A DNA stretch of 64,000 nt from Alphaproteobacteria bacterium (GTDB lineage Bacteria > Pseudomonadota > Alphaproteobacteria > Micavibrionales > UBA2020), in NCBI GenBank assembly GCA_021413445.1, contig JAIOQI010000042.1:2588-66587 (forward strand), written 5' to 3'. Positions within the stretch are counted from its first letter, which is position 1. The number at the start of each line of letters is the position of its first letter. A program made the position numbers and the translations under genes. The notes beneath the pieces are model-generated. The model searched no databases and had not been told where the DNA came from. It saw only the letters and a list, made by a program, of their open reading frames with translations. Shown here one piece after another: positions 1 through 10,702 of the stretch.

Positions 1-588
1 GGCTACCGCAGCGGTTTTCAGCGGCTTCAGCTTGCCCAGCCCGGCGGCGGCGAGATCGCGCGCGATACCGTAAATCCCGGCGCAGTCGCCGCGGTTAGGC
101 GTCAGGTTGATCTCGAGAACAGGGTCATTGAGTCCCAGCGCATCGGCGGCAGGGGAGCCGGTGACGGCGGCCGCCGCCAGCTCGATGATGCCGTTATGCT
201 CTTCGGAGAGCAGCAGTTCCCGCTCCGAGCACATCATGCCGTTCGATTCCTGCCCGCGGATATTGCCTTTCTTGAGCGTCATGGCGGAGCCGGGGATATA
301 GCTGCCGACCGGGGCGAAAACGCCCTTCATGCCGGCCTTCGCGTTCGGCGCGCCGCAGACGACTTTCAGCTTTTCGGCGCCGGTATCGACGATCAGGCAT
401 TGCAATTTGTCCGCGTCGGGATGTTTTTCCGCCGACACGACATGGCCGACGACGACGCCCTTCAGCATCGCCGCCGGGTCATGGATGCCCTCCACCTCGA
501 GGCCGATGGCGGTGAGTTTTTTAGAGATCTCGTCCAGCGCGGCTTGCGTATCGAGATATTCCTTGAGCCAGGATAATGACAATTTCAT
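1..588 (-). CDS. pheT: phenylalanine--tRNA ligase beta subunit, N-terminal part (continues beyond window start)
   Basis: Absent from the ORF track because it is open at the window edge. My minus-strand translation from ATG 588 gives [15 protein letters not shown]...[15 protein letters not shown]...[22 protein letters not shown], the tRNA-binding OB domain of PheT. It starts 1 nt after the pheS stop. Confidence 0.9.
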   Translation of the reverse strand, partial: MKLSLSWLKEYLDTQAALDEISKKLTAIGLEVEGIHDPAAMLKGVVVGHVVSAEKHPDADKLQCLIVDTGAEKLKVVCGAPNAKAGMKGVFAPVGSYIPGSAMTLKKGNIRGQESNGMMCSERELLLSEEHNGIIELAAAAVTGSPAADALGLNDPVLEINLTPNRGDCAGIYGIARDLAAAGLGKLKPLKTAAVA

Positions 589-589
589 G

Positions 590-1645
590 TTACGCGCCCT
601 CCATCGGCCCGAAGCCGTAGTGTTTCAGCCAGCGCACATCCGATTCAAAGAAGGTGCGCAGGTCGGGGATGCCGTATTTCAGCATGGCGATGCGCTCCAG
701 CCCCATGCCGAAAGCGAAGCCCTGGTATTCGTCGGGGTCGATGCCGCAGTTCTTCAGCACGTTCGGGTGTACCATGCCGCAGCCGAGGATTTCCAGCCAA
801 TCCTTGCCTTCGCCGATCTTCAACTCGCCGCCCGCGCGCGAGCAGCCGATGTCCATCTCCGCCGAGGGCTCGGTGAAGGGGAAGAAGCTGGGGCGGAAGC
901 GGGTCGGCAGTTCATCGACCTCGAAAAATCGCCTGCAGAATTCGATCAGGCAGCCCTTGAGATGGCCCATATGCGTGGTCTTGTCGATCACCAGCCCCTC
1001 GAGCTGGTGGAACATCGGCGTGTGGGTCATGTCGTAGTCGGAGCGGTAGGTGCGGCCGGGGATGATGACGCGGATCGGCGGCTTTTGCATCTGCATCACA
1101 TGCACCTGCACCGTCGAGGTGTGGGTGCGCAGCAAACGTGTTTTGCCCGCCGCTTCAGGCAGATAAAATGTGTCGTGCATCTGCCGCGCCGGGTGCCCTT
1201 CGGGGAAGTTCAGCGCGGTGAAATTGTGGAAGTCGTCCTCGATGTCCGGCCCCTCGGCGACGCTGAAGCCCATGTCGGCGAAAATGGCGACCAGCTCCTC
1301 GACCGTCTTGCTGATGGGATGGATGGTCCCCTTCGGCGACGGGCGCGGCGACAGGGTGACGTCGATTTTCTCTTTTTCGAGGCGCTCGTCCAGCGCGGCT
1401 TTTTTCAGCAGCAACGACTTCGCCTCGATCTCGGCAGTGATCTCGTCCTTCAGCTTGTTGAGCGCCTGGCCCATTTCCTTGCGCTGCTCGGGTGAGAGGC
1501 AGCCGAGCGTCTGCATCAGGCTGGTGACCTTGCCCTTTTTGCCCAGCGCCGTCACCCGCACCTCCTCCAGCGCGGGAATGTCGTTGGCGGCCCTCACCGT
1601 TTCGACCAGTTCTTTTTTCAAAAGCTCCAAATTGCTCATCGTCAT
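590..1645 (-). CDS. pheS: phenylalanine--tRNA ligase alpha subunit
   Basis: 351-aa ORF with class II aaRS core motifs [16 protein letters not shown] and [18 protein letters not shown]. Canonical pheS-pheT order. Confidence 0.96.
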   Translation of the reverse strand: MTMSNLELLKKELVETVRAANDIPALEEVRVTALGKKGKVTSLMQTLGCLSPEQRKEMGQALNKLKDEITAEIEAKSLLLKKAALDERLEKEKIDVTLSPRPSPKGTIHPISKTVEELVAIFADMGFSVAEGPDIEDDFHNFTALNFPEGHPARQMHDTFYLPEAAGKTRLLRTHTSTVQVHVMQMQKPPIRVIIPGRTYRSDYDMTHTPMFHQLEGLVIDKTTHMGHLKGCLIEFCRRFFEVDELPTRFRPSFFPFTEPSAEMDIGCSRAGGELKIGEGKDWLEILGCGMVHPNVLKNCGIDPDEYQGFAFGMGLERIAMLKYGIPDLRTFFESDVRWLKHYGFGPMEGA

Positions 1646-1650
1646 GTCCT

Positions 1651-1968
1651 TCAGGGTTCCGTTCCGGGGGCCAGAGTCACTTTCAGGCCGTCGAGATTTT
1701 TATCCAATATAATCTGGCAGGAGAGGCGGGAATTGTCGCGCACGTCAAAAGCGCCGTCCAGCTGGTCGGTTTCCTCCTGGGTGGGGGGAAAAAGCAGGTC
1801 GCACCACGGCTCCTCCACATAAACATGGCAGGTGGCGCAGGCGCAGGCGCCGCCGCACTCCGCCTTGATCGGGAGCTGGTGATCGCGGATGACCTCCATC
1901 AGCCGCCAGCCTTCCAAGCCTTCGAGCGCGTGTTCCTTGCCCAGCTGGTCCGTCACATAAACCATCAT
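1651..1968 (-). CDS. adrenodoxin-type [2Fe-2S] ferredoxin
   Basis: The last 105 aa of the 237-aa ORF (MMVYVTDQ...) carry CGGACACATC...SC cluster ligands. The longer N-terminus is Arg/Pro-rich junk that overlaps the upstream gene. ATG 1968 overlaps the upstream stop (ATGA). Confidence 0.88.
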   Translation of the reverse strand: MMVYVTDQLGKEHALEGLEGWRLMEVIRDHQLPIKAECGGACACATCHVYVEEPWCDLLFPPTQEETDQLDGAFDVRDNSRLSCQIILDKNLDGLKVTLAPGTEP

Positions 1969-2753
1969 GCCGGCACACCGTCGCGGCGGGAGCCGAGAAT
2001 TTGCTTGAGCGCGTAAGCCATGGCGGCGTTCAGCAGCGCCGCCACCAGCAGGGACATGGGCGCGGTCACAACGATGATCGTCACCTGGTCCATTGTCGTC
2101 AGCTTGAAGGGGCCGGACGGGTCCGCCGCCCGGCCGATGAGCGCGGCAGTAAAAATCTGGAACAGGAAAGCCACCGGAAAAAGGCATACCAGCCCCAGGC
2201 TGACCAGCCGCAGCGAGAACATCAGGCCGCGCACCTGCTGCAAAAAAGGGCGGAACGGGTAATTGACGGCGGCCAGTATCGGCAGCACGCCAAAGCGCAC
2301 GCCCCAGAAAACAGCGCCGATAATAATCAGGCCGCCCAGCGTCACCGTCCATTCGGCGCCCCATTGGCCGGAATCAACGGCGGCGAACAGGACGGCGGCC
2401 GCTGCCGACACGCCCATATTGAAAAGCAGCGCAATGATGACGGCCAGCCTCATGGCGCGCTGGCGTTCACTGAGATACGGCAGGTCCGGCGGCAGCCGGT
2501 CCAGCTGTTCGCCCAGCAGCAGCAGCCGCATCTCCAGAAATGCGAACCAGGCAAACAGGAGCGTCGCCGGCATTCCCCACAAATAATTCTCGATCACCGA
2601 GGCATCGGCGCGCTGGAACTGGATGAACAGCGAGGTGCAGATCTGCGCCGCCACGGGCAGGGCGCCGGCCTTGAGCAGATAGGGCCATTCCCTGCCTACA
2701 AAGAGATAGGCGTTCTTGACGGCCTCGAAAATGTTGAATTTGCTGTTGTCCAT
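1965..2753 (-). CDS. polytopic membrane protein, family not recognised
   Basis: 262-aa ORF with about 6 hydrophobic helices (e.g. LAVIIALLFNMGVSAAAAVLFAAV, LGGLIIIGAVFWGVRFGVLPILAAV, LVSLGLVCLFPVAFLFQIF) and GC3-rich codon usage. Sandwiched between the FNR and ferredoxin genes. Confidence 0.7.
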   Translation of the reverse strand: MDNSKFNIFEAVKNAYLFVGREWPYLLKAGALPVAAQICTSLFIQFQRADASVIENYLWGMPATLLFAWFAFLEMRLLLLGEQLDRLPPDLPYLSERQRAMRLAVIIALLFNMGVSAAAAVLFAAVDSGQWGAEWTVTLGGLIIIGAVFWGVRFGVLPILAAVNYPFRPFLQQVRGLMFSLRLVSLGLVCLFPVAFLFQIFTAALIGRAADPSGPFKLTTMDQVTIIVVTAPMSLLVAALLNAAMAYALKQILGSRRDGVPA

Positions 2754-2771
2754 GTGCTTATTTTGACCACT

Positions 2772-3806
<1,035 letters not shown>

Positions 3807-3837
3807 TCACAGCTTATAAATCAAGTAAAATCCCCCC

Positions 3838-4650
3838 ATGAACAAGTTCCACCTGCACCTGATTTCGGATTCCACCGGCGGCACGCTGAACAGCGTGGTC
3901 AAGGCCTGCCTGGCCCAGTTCGAGGGGGTGGAGGTCGAGCAGCATTTCTGGTCGCTGGTGCGGACGCAAAAGCAGCTGCAGGCGGCGCTGGAGGGGATGC
4001 GCGACCGCCCGGGGCTGGTGCTCTACACGCTAGTTGATGACGGGCTGACCCAAGCCCTGGAAAAGCATTGCCAGGCGATGGGCGTGCCGGCGCTGTCGAT
4101 CCTGCATCCGGCGCTGAAGCTGATGAGCAGCTATTTCGGCCGGCAGAGCCTGGCCGAGCCCGGTTTGCAGCACAAGCTGAACGCTGAATATTTTGCGCGC
4201 ATGGATGCGGTCGATTACGCGCTGCACCACGACGACGGGCAGAAAAGCGACCGCGACCTCGCGCTCGCCGACGTCATCCTGGTCGGCGTGTCGCGCACCT
4301 CCAAGACCCCGACCTGCGTTTATCTCGCCAACCGCGGCGTCAAGGCGGCGAATATCCCTTACGTCCCCGGCATCTCCTTCCCCGCGCGCGTGCTGGAACT
4401 AAAAAAGCCGCTGTTCGTGGCGCTGATTGCCACGCCGGAGAGATTAATTGAAGTGCGCCGCAACCGCCTCAAGCATCTCGGCCAGCACCGCGAGACGGAT
4501 TATCTCGACCCCGAAAAAGTGCAGGAAGAAATCAAGGAAGCGCGGCGGTTCTATACCCAACAGGGCTGGCCGGTCATCGACGTCACCCGCCGCTCGGTCG
4601 AGGAAACGGCGGCGGAAATCATGACCATGCTGGAGCAGAGAAAGCCATGA
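3838..4650 (+). CDS. pyruvate,phosphate dikinase / PEP synthase regulatory protein (DUF299 kinase-pyrophosphorylase)
   Basis: 270 aa. N-terminal HLISDSTG and P-loop GVSRTSKTPT. Confidence 0.88.
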   Translation: MNKFHLHLISDSTGGTLNSVVKACLAQFEGVEVEQHFWSLVRTQKQLQAALEGMRDRPGLVLYTLVDDGLTQALEKHCQAMGVPALSILHPALKLMSSYFGRQSLAEPGLQHKLNAEYFARMDAVDYALHHDDGQKSDRDLALADVILVGVSRTSKTPTCVYLANRGVKAANIPYVPGISFPARVLELKKPLFVALIATPERLIEVRRNRLKHLGQHRETDYLDPEKVQEEIKEARRFYTQQGWPVIDVTRRSVEETAAEIMTMLEQRKP

Positions 4651-5468
4651 TCCGCGCCTGCGTCATGGGGTATCCCGTCGCCCATTCCCTGTCGCCGAAG
4701 CTGCATGGCTTCTGGCTCAAAAAATACAACATCGACGGCGCATACACGCGCCAGGAAGTAAAACCGGAAGGGCTCAGGGCCGCGCTGGAGCGGCTGGCGG
4801 AACAGGGCTTCGCCGGCTGCAACCTGACCATCCCGCTCAAGGAACACGCGCTGGCGCTGATGGACGAACTGGACGGCAGCGCCCTCGCGGCGGGCGCCGT
4901 CAACACCGTGGTCATGCGTGATGGCCGGAAAACGGGATACAACAGCGACGGGTTCGGCTTCCTGGAAAGCCTCAAGGCGCAATACCCCCAATGGAACGGC
5001 GCGCGGGTGGTCATTCTCGGCGCCGGCGGCGCGGCGCGGGGCATTATCGCCGCGCTGAACGAGGCCGCCGTGGGGCGTTTCGTGCTGGTCAACCGCAGCC
5101 GCGAAAAAGCCGAAAAACTCGCCGGGGATTTGAAACTGGACCCGGTCATGATCGTGGACTGGGAAGACCGCGCCGCAGCCCTGGAAAACGCCACGCTGCT
5201 GGTCAATTGCAGCAGCCTCGGGATGGACGGCCAGCCGCCGCTGGACCTTGATTTATCGGGGTTGCCAAAAACGGCGGCAGTATGTGATATTGTCTATCGT
5301 CCGCTGGTGACAAAGCTGCTGGCGGAAGCGAAGCGGCGCGGCCATCCGGTCGTGGAAGGGCTGCCGATGCTGCTGCATCAGGGGCGGCTCGGCTTCCGGC
5401 ACTGGTTCGGCGTCGATCCGGCGGTGACAAAAGAGCTTTATGATGAAATAACGACGGGGATCACATGA
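4647..5468 (+). CDS. aroE: shikimate dehydrogenase
   Basis: 273 aa. GYPVAHSLSPKLHGFW, NLTIPLK, and Rossmann motif ILGAGGAARG. ATGA overlap with the upstream gene. Confidence 0.93.
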   Translation: MIRACVMGYPVAHSLSPKLHGFWLKKYNIDGAYTRQEVKPEGLRAALERLAEQGFAGCNLTIPLKEHALALMDELDGSALAAGAVNTVVMRDGRKTGYNSDGFGFLESLKAQYPQWNGARVVILGAGGAARGIIAALNEAAVGRFVLVNRSREKAEKLAGDLKLDPVMIVDWEDRAAALENATLLVNCSSLGMDGQPPLDLDLSGLPKTAAVCDIVYRPLVTKLLAEAKRRGHPVVEGLPMLLHQGRLGFRHWFGVDPAVTKELYDEITTGIT

Positions 5469-6082
5469 TAGTCATCGGCATAACAGGCTCCATCGGCATG
5501 GGCAAAACGACGGCGGCGAACATGCTGCGCGAGGCGACCATCCCCGTCCACGATTCGGATGCGGCGGTGCACCGCCTGCTGGGGCCGAAGGGAAAAGCCG
5601 TACCTGAAGTCGGCAAGGCCTTCCCGGAAGCGCTCAAGACCAATACCGAGGGCGAGACTTACATCGACCGGAGCATCCTGGGAAAAAGCGTGTTTGCCGA
5701 CCGCAGCCGGAAGAAAACGCTGGAAGGCATCCTGCATCCGCTGGTCCGCGAGGACAGCGACCGCTTCAGGGAGGAAATGCAGAAAAGGGGGCACCGGGTC
5801 ATCGCCCTCGACATTCCCCTGCTGTTCGAAATCGGCGAGGAAAAGCGGGTCGATGTCACCATTTGCGTGACGGCGCCGCCCGAGGTGCAAAGGGAACGGG
5901 TGCTGTCGCGCCACGGCATGACCTCCGAAAAATTCGACCGCATCGTGGCCGGGCAATTGCCGGACGCCGAAAAGCGCAAGCGCGCCGATTTTGTCGTGGA
6001 AAGCGACAAGGGTCTGGAAGCAATGCGCCAGCAACTGATCCATATCGTCAACAACCTGCTGGCAGAGCGGGCGCAGGTATAA
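5465..6082 (+). CDS. coaE: dephospho-CoA kinase
   Basis: 205 aa. P-loop GITGSIGMGKTT. aroE-coaE-dnaQ order is typical of Alphaproteobacteria. Confidence 0.93.
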   Translation: MIVIGITGSIGMGKTTAANMLREATIPVHDSDAAVHRLLGPKGKAVPEVGKAFPEALKTNTEGETYIDRSILGKSVFADRSRKKTLEGILHPLVREDSDRFREEMQKRGHRVIALDIPLLFEIGEEKRVDVTICVTAPPEVQRERVLSRHGMTSEKFDRIVAGQLPDAEKRKRADFVVESDKGLEAMRQQLIHIVNNLLAERAQV

Positions 6083-6085
6083 AAC

Positions 6086-6775
6086 ATGACACGCGAAATC
6101 GTCCTCGACACCGAAACCACCGGGCTGGACCCGGATGAAGGCCACCGCCTGGTCGAGATCGGCTGCCTGGAACTCATCAACCACCTGCCGACCGGCAAGG
6201 TGTTCCACACCTATCTCAACCCGCTGCGGGACGTGCCGGCCGAAGCCTCGCGCGTGCACGGCCTCACCGCCGAATTCCTCAAGAACCACCCGCTGTTCCC
6301 GGAAAAGGTCGGCGAGTTCATTGATTTCATCGCCGATTCCACGCTGGTCATCCACAACGCCGAATTCGACATGAAGTTCATCAACGCGGAATTGAAATCC
6401 TCCGGCTTCAAGGCGCTCTCCATGAGCCGCGTGATCGACACCCTGCCCATGGCGCGGCAGAAGTTTCCCGGCCAGCCGGCCAACCTCGACGCGCTCTGCC
6501 GCCGTTTCAAAATCGACAATGCCGAGCGCAAACTGCACGGCGCCCTGCTCGATTCCGAACTCCTCGCCGAGGTCTATCTGGAGCTGATCGGCGGCCGGCA
6601 GCACGGCCTCGGCCTCGGCAGCGAACTGGCCGAGCAGCAATCACAGGTGCTGAACGCAAAAATCAAGCGCCAGAAAATGCCGCTGCGCAGCTTCCCCCCC
6701 GCGGCAGACGAAGTAAAGGCGCACGACGCCATGCTGGACAAGATCAAAAACGCCCTGTGGCGGGAAAAATTATAA
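6086..6775 (+). CDS. dnaQ: DNA polymerase III epsilon subunit (3'-5' exonuclease)
   Basis: 229 aa. Exo motifs DTETTG, HNAEFD and HGALLDSELLAEVY. Confidence 0.95.
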   Translation: MTREIVLDTETTGLDPDEGHRLVEIGCLELINHLPTGKVFHTYLNPLRDVPAEASRVHGLTAEFLKNHPLFPEKVGEFIDFIADSTLVIHNAEFDMKFINAELKSSGFKALSMSRVIDTLPMARQKFPGQPANLDALCRRFKIDNAERKLHGALLDSELLAEVYLELIGGRQHGLGLGSELAEQQSQVLNAKIKRQKMPLRSFPPAADEVKAHDAMLDKIKNALWREKL

Positions 6776-6788
6776 AACGGGAAAGGCT

Positions 6789-7286
6789 CTACGCCTTGCC
6801 GGCCTGCTTGCCGGCGGTCTCCGCCTGCAGCCGCTTGATCTCATCGAGATAAATCGACTCGAAATTAATCGGCGCCAGATAGAGCGGGGGATATCCGCCC
6901 TGGATGGTCATGCTGGCCACCATCTCCCGCACGAAGGGAAACAGCAGTTTCGGCACCTCGATCATCAGCACCGCCTGGACGTTTTCCTTGGGGATATTGC
7001 TCATGGCGACCAGGGCGCCGTAGTGCAAATCCATGATAAAGGACATGCGGCCGTCCTGCTTGTTCCTCGCCTCGACGCGGAAATGCAGGCTGCTTTCAAA
7101 GGTGTTGTCCTTGATATGCTGCTGGCCCAGAGAAATCTGCACGCTGGTCTCCGGCGCCGCCCAGCCGCCGACCAGGCTTTCCGGCGCATGCGGATTTTCA
7201 AACGACACATCCTTCACGTATTGCGTGATGATCTGGATGCTGGGTTGCGCCTGTGGTGCGGACGGGGTGTTTTTAGGATCGGCCAT
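6789..7286 (-). CDS. secB: protein-export chaperone SecB
   Basis: 165 aa. IITQYVKDVSFENP and overall SecB-like sequence. Confidence 0.93.
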   Translation of the reverse strand: MADPKNTPSAPQAQPSIQIITQYVKDVSFENPHAPESLVGGWAAPETSVQISLGQQHIKDNTFESSLHFRVEARNKQDGRMSFIMDLHYGALVAMSNIPKENVQAVLMIEVPKLLFPFVREMVASMTIQGGYPPLYLAPINFESIYLDEIKRLQAETAGKQAGKA

Positions 7287-7395
7287 GATTCTTTGCTTTC
7301 ATTATGTCTTTATAAATGATGCCGAAAAATTAACAGACTGCCTAAAAAATACAAGGTAAAACAGATATTCCACGTTTTACGTATTATAAAAAACC

Positions 7396-7887
7396 TTACT
7401 GGCCGTCCGACAGGGGCTTGTTCTTCTCCCCGTCCACATGTTTGAATTTGCCCTCGATGGTGCGGGAGGCGCCGTTCTTGCGCTCCTCGTAATACCAATA
7501 GGTGAAGCCCTGCGTGCTTTTGCTGAGGTTGTTCAGCACGCTTTGGTGCCGGTATTTCAGGAACCTGAAAATACTGCGGCGGACCGGCGGGAGCAGCAGC
7601 GGCAGCGCCATGAAATCGCTGACAAAACCGGGAAAAATCAACAGCAGCGCGCCGAGCAGGATACAGAACCCGTCAAACATCTCCTCGAAGGGATAAATGT
7701 CGGCGTCCACCGATTTTTTGGCTTTTTGCAGAGTTTGCGTACCCATCGCGGCCAGGAAATAAAAACCGGCGATCGTCGCGGCAATCACCCAGAGCAGCGA
7801 CAAGCCGACGCCGATCTTGCCGCCGATGACGATCAATCCGGCGATTTCCAGCAGCGGCAGGAAAATCATTAAGAAAAGTGCTGTCAT
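7396..7887 (-). CDS. fxsA: FxsA family cytoplasmic membrane protein
   Basis: 163 aa. N-terminal LPLLEIAGLIVIGGKIG plus further TM helices. Confidence 0.85.
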   Translation of the reverse strand: MTALFLMIFLPLLEIAGLIVIGGKIGVGLSLLWVIAATIAGFYFLAAMGTQTLQKAKKSVDADIYPFEEMFDGFCILLGALLLIFPGFVSDFMALPLLLPPVRRSIFRFLKYRHQSVLNNLSKSTQGFTYWYYEERKNGASRTIEGKFKHVDGEKNKPLSDGQ

Positions 7888-7995
7888 TCCGCTATATTAA
7901 CTCCCTCGGGGTTTATTTACGCTTAATTGTAGTAAACTTCTTGAAATGAACATAGGCGTCTTTCAATATAGGCGAAAGACCCTAAAAGGAGCCGC

Positions 7996-8661
7996 ATGCA
8001 TCTGGACATCCTGATTTTCGCCGTGATTGCGGCCTTCCTGATTTACCGCCTGAAGGCGGTGCTGGGGACCCGGCACGGCAACGAGCGCCCGCGCCAGAAC
8101 CCGTTTGCCGCCAAGGACGCCGCAGCCCGCGCGCCGGTCGCGCCGAAGCCGGAACTCCTGAAGAAGCCGCCCCTGATAACGGATTACGCCGCCGACAAAG
8201 ACGGGCGGATCGCCGCCGGGCTCGAGGAGATCACCGCCGCCGACCATCAGTTCGACGTGAACAGCTTCATGGAAGGGGCCAAAGCCGCTTTTGAAACGAT
8301 CGTCACGGCCTACAGCCGCAGCGACCGCAGCGCCCTGAAGCCCCTCCTCAGCTCCAAGCTCTATAACGATTTCGACGACGGCATCAAGGCGCGCGAGGGA
8401 GCCGGGCACATTTCAGAGACCATGATTCACCGCATCAAGGCCGCGCGCATTGTCGAAGCGCACCTCGGCGGCACGATGGCCTATATCACGGTCGATTACG
8501 ATGTCGAGCAGACCACCGTCACCCGCGACAAAACCGGCGCCGTGGTCGAGGGCAACCCCGACCGCATTTCCAGCGTCGAGGATATCTGGACCTTCACCCG
8601 CGACATCCGCTCCTCCGATCCGAACTGGATCCTGATCGAGACGTCGGCGGCGGATAAATAA
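7996..8661 (+). CDS. Tim44-like domain protein
   Basis: 221 aa. One N-terminal TM helix, then a C-terminal Tim44/NTF2-like region (...IWTFTRD...DPNWILIET). Conserved position between secB/fxsA and mltA. Confidence 0.8.
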   Translation: MHLDILIFAVIAAFLIYRLKAVLGTRHGNERPRQNPFAAKDAAARAPVAPKPELLKKPPLITDYAADKDGRIAAGLEEITAADHQFDVNSFMEGAKAAFETIVTAYSRSDRSALKPLLSSKLYNDFDDGIKAREGAGHISETMIHRIKAARIVEAHLGGTMAYITVDYDVEQTTVTRDKTGAVVEGNPDRISSVEDIWTFTRDIRSSDPNWILIETSAADK

Positions 8662-9881
8662 TGTTGCCCCGCAAGATAATCGCGATGACAGCCGCCTGCC
8701 TGCTTCTGGGAGGGTGCATCTCCGCGACATGGATGACGCACGAAAAACCCGCCGACCGGTTTTTCCTGCAGGCAACTTCCTTTCAGCAGCTGCCGGGGTG
8801 GGCAGCCGACAACCAGGCCAGGGCGATTGTGCCACTGCAGAAATCCTGCGCCCGGATCAACAAGAAAGACCCGGCCTCCGATTTCGGCGCCGGCGGCTTC
8901 GCCGGGAATGCGGAACAGTGGCAGGACGTCTGCCGGAAACTGTCCGTTTATCTTTTGCCGGCGGACAACGAAGCCCGGGCCTTCTTCGAGGACAATTTCA
9001 CGCCTTACGAAATATGGGGTGAAAAAGGGCGCGACGGGCTGTTCACCGGCTATTACGAGCCGACCCTGCGCGGCTCGTACAAAAAGCACGGCGCCTACAA
9101 GATCCCCCTCTACGGCCGCCCGAACGACCTGATCGAGGTCAATCTCGGCGACTTCAAGACCGCACTGAAAGGCGAAACCGTCATGGGCCGGGTGCAGGGG
9201 AAAAAACTCATCCCCTACTACGCCCGCGCCGAGATTGAAAAAGGCGCCCTCAAAAGGCGGCGCAAGGAAATCGTCTGGGTCGATAATGCGGTCGATGCCT
9301 TCTTCCTGCACATCCAGGGCTCCGGCCGGGTGAAGCTGGACAACGGCGGGGTATTGCGCGTCGGCTACGCCGCTGAAAACGGCCATCCTTACACGGCCAT
9401 CGGCCGCGAGCTGATCCGGCGCGGCGCCCTGACCAGGGAAAACGTCTCCATGCCGGCGATCCGCTCCTTCCTGAAAGAACATCCCGCCGAGGCCGCCGGC
9501 ATCATGGACCTCAACGCCTCCTACATTTTCTTCCGCACCCCCCAAAACAAAGGCGGGCCTTTGGGCGCGGAAGGCGTGCCGCTGACGCCGCGCCGCAGCC
9601 TGGCCGTCGATCGCAAAAAAATCCCCTATGGCGCGCCGCTGTGGCTGGATGCCGAGGAACCCGACGGCACCGCGCGCCTGCAACAGCTGATGATCGCGCA
9701 GGATACCGGCGGCGCCATCACCGGCGCGGTGCGCGGCGACTTTTTCTGGGGGACGGGCGAGGAGGCGGCGCACAAGGCCGGCGTGATGAAAAGCGCCGGG
9801 CATTCCTGGATCTTGCTGCCGAAAACGGTCATGGTGCCGAAAGAAAAATTGCACAAGCCGTGGTGGAATCTTTCTTCATGA
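8661..9881 (+). CDS. mltA: murein transglycosylase A
   Basis: 406 aa. Lipoprotein-like N-terminus (LLLGGC), MltA domain and 3D domain (QDTGGAITGAVRGDFFWG). Confidence 0.9.
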   Translation: MLPRKIIAMTAACLLLGGCISATWMTHEKPADRFFLQATSFQQLPGWAADNQARAIVPLQKSCARINKKDPASDFGAGGFAGNAEQWQDVCRKLSVYLLPADNEARAFFEDNFTPYEIWGEKGRDGLFTGYYEPTLRGSYKKHGAYKIPLYGRPNDLIEVNLGDFKTALKGETVMGRVQGKKLIPYYARAEIEKGALKRRRKEIVWVDNAVDAFFLHIQGSGRVKLDNGGVLRVGYAAENGHPYTAIGRELIRRGALTRENVSMPAIRSFLKEHPAEAAGIMDLNASYIFFRTPQNKGGPLGAEGVPLTPRRSLAVDRKKIPYGAPLWLDAEEPDGTARLQQLMIAQDTGGAITGAVRGDFFWGTGEEAAHKAGVMKSAGHSWILLPKTVMVPKEKLHKPWWNLSS

Positions 9882-10702
9882 TAAACGACACCGCAAAGCC
9901 TTTCGGCGCCTACGCCCTCCAGAAATATCAGGACCGCCTGCTGCGCTGGGCGCAGCAGATGCCCCTCAGCTGGCTGGGCCGGCGCGCGGCGCTGGTCCTG
10001 CGCAAGGCCGTGCTGCGGCGCGGGCCGCCCATCGTCGATGCGTCCGTGGACGGGCTGAAGCTCCGGCTCTACACCAAGGACAACGTCTCGGAGCGGAAAT
10101 TCCTGTTCATGCCGCAGTTTTTCGACCCCTATGAACGCGGCCTGCTCAAAAAAAACCTGCGGCCCGGCGACGTGTTTCTCGACATCGGCGCCAATGCGGG
10201 GATTTATTCCCTGACCGCCGCGGCGCTGGTCGGCGAGGCTGGAAAAGTGGTCGCCATCGAGCCCAACCCGATGGTGCTGGACCGGCTGAAATTCAACGCC
10301 GCCCTCAACAACTTCGACAAAAGAATCATCTTCGAGCAATCCGGGGTCTCGTCCGCGGAAGGCAATTTCGACCTGACCCTCGACGACAGCAACCTCGGCG
10401 GCAGCAGCCTGGTGGCGGAGCGCTCCGCCTTAAAAATCAGCGTCCGCTGCTACAAGCTGCTGTCGATCGTGCAGAAATACCAGCTGCAGAAAATCGCCGC
10501 GCTGAAAATCGACATTGAGGGCGCGGAAGACAAGGCGCTGATCCCGTTCTTCAGCGAAGCGCCGAAGCTCCTTTATCCCAGGCTGCTGATCCTTGAAAAC
10601 TCAGCAGGCGACTGGCAGGAGGATCTGCCCGGGGCATTGAAGACTGCCGGATACCGGCTGCTGCAAACAACCCGCATGACCCAGGTGTGGGACCTGATGT
10701 AA
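9878..10702 (+). CDS. FkbM family SAM-dependent methyltransferase
   Basis: The track ORF starts at 9641, but its first 79 aa are Arg/Gly-rich and overlap mltA. ATG 9878 (MINDTAKP) overlaps the mltA stop (ATGA). Motifs FLDIGANAGIYS and LKIDIEGAE. Confidence 0.82.
   Translation: MINDTAKPFGAYALQKYQDRLLRWAQQMPLSWLGRRAALVLRKAVLRRGPPIVDASVDGLKLRLYTKDNVSERKFLFMPQFFDPYERGLLKKNLRPGDVFLDIGANAGIYSLTAAALVGEAGKVVAIEPNPMVLDRLKFNAALNNFDKRIIFEQSGVSSAEGNFDLTLDDSNLGGSSLVAERSALKISVRCYKLLSIVQKYQLQKIAALKIDIEGAEDKALIPFFSEAPKLLYPRLLILENSAGDWQEDLPGALKTAGYRLLQTTRMTQVWDLM

Noticed and set aside
1969-2364. N-terminal extension of the ferredoxin ORF (237-aa version)
   Set aside because: The extension is Arg/Pro/Gly-rich and overlaps the upstream membrane-protein gene in another frame. 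The conserved ferredoxin begins at MMVYV (ATG 1968).
5438-6640. 400-aa minus-strand ORF across coaE/dnaQ, plus similar long antisense ORFs (8496-9854, 15249-16166, 27228-28238, 43087-44133, 48207-49883, 49709-51244, 55560-56711, 61702-62883)
   Set aside because: Each lies opposite a confidently identified housekeeping gene and has the typical Arg/Gly/Ala/His-rich shadow composition.
9641-9877. N-terminal extension of the FkbM methyltransferase ORF
   Set aside because: It lies inside mltA in another frame and is Arg-rich. ATG 9878 gives a normal family N-terminus and an ATGA coupling.
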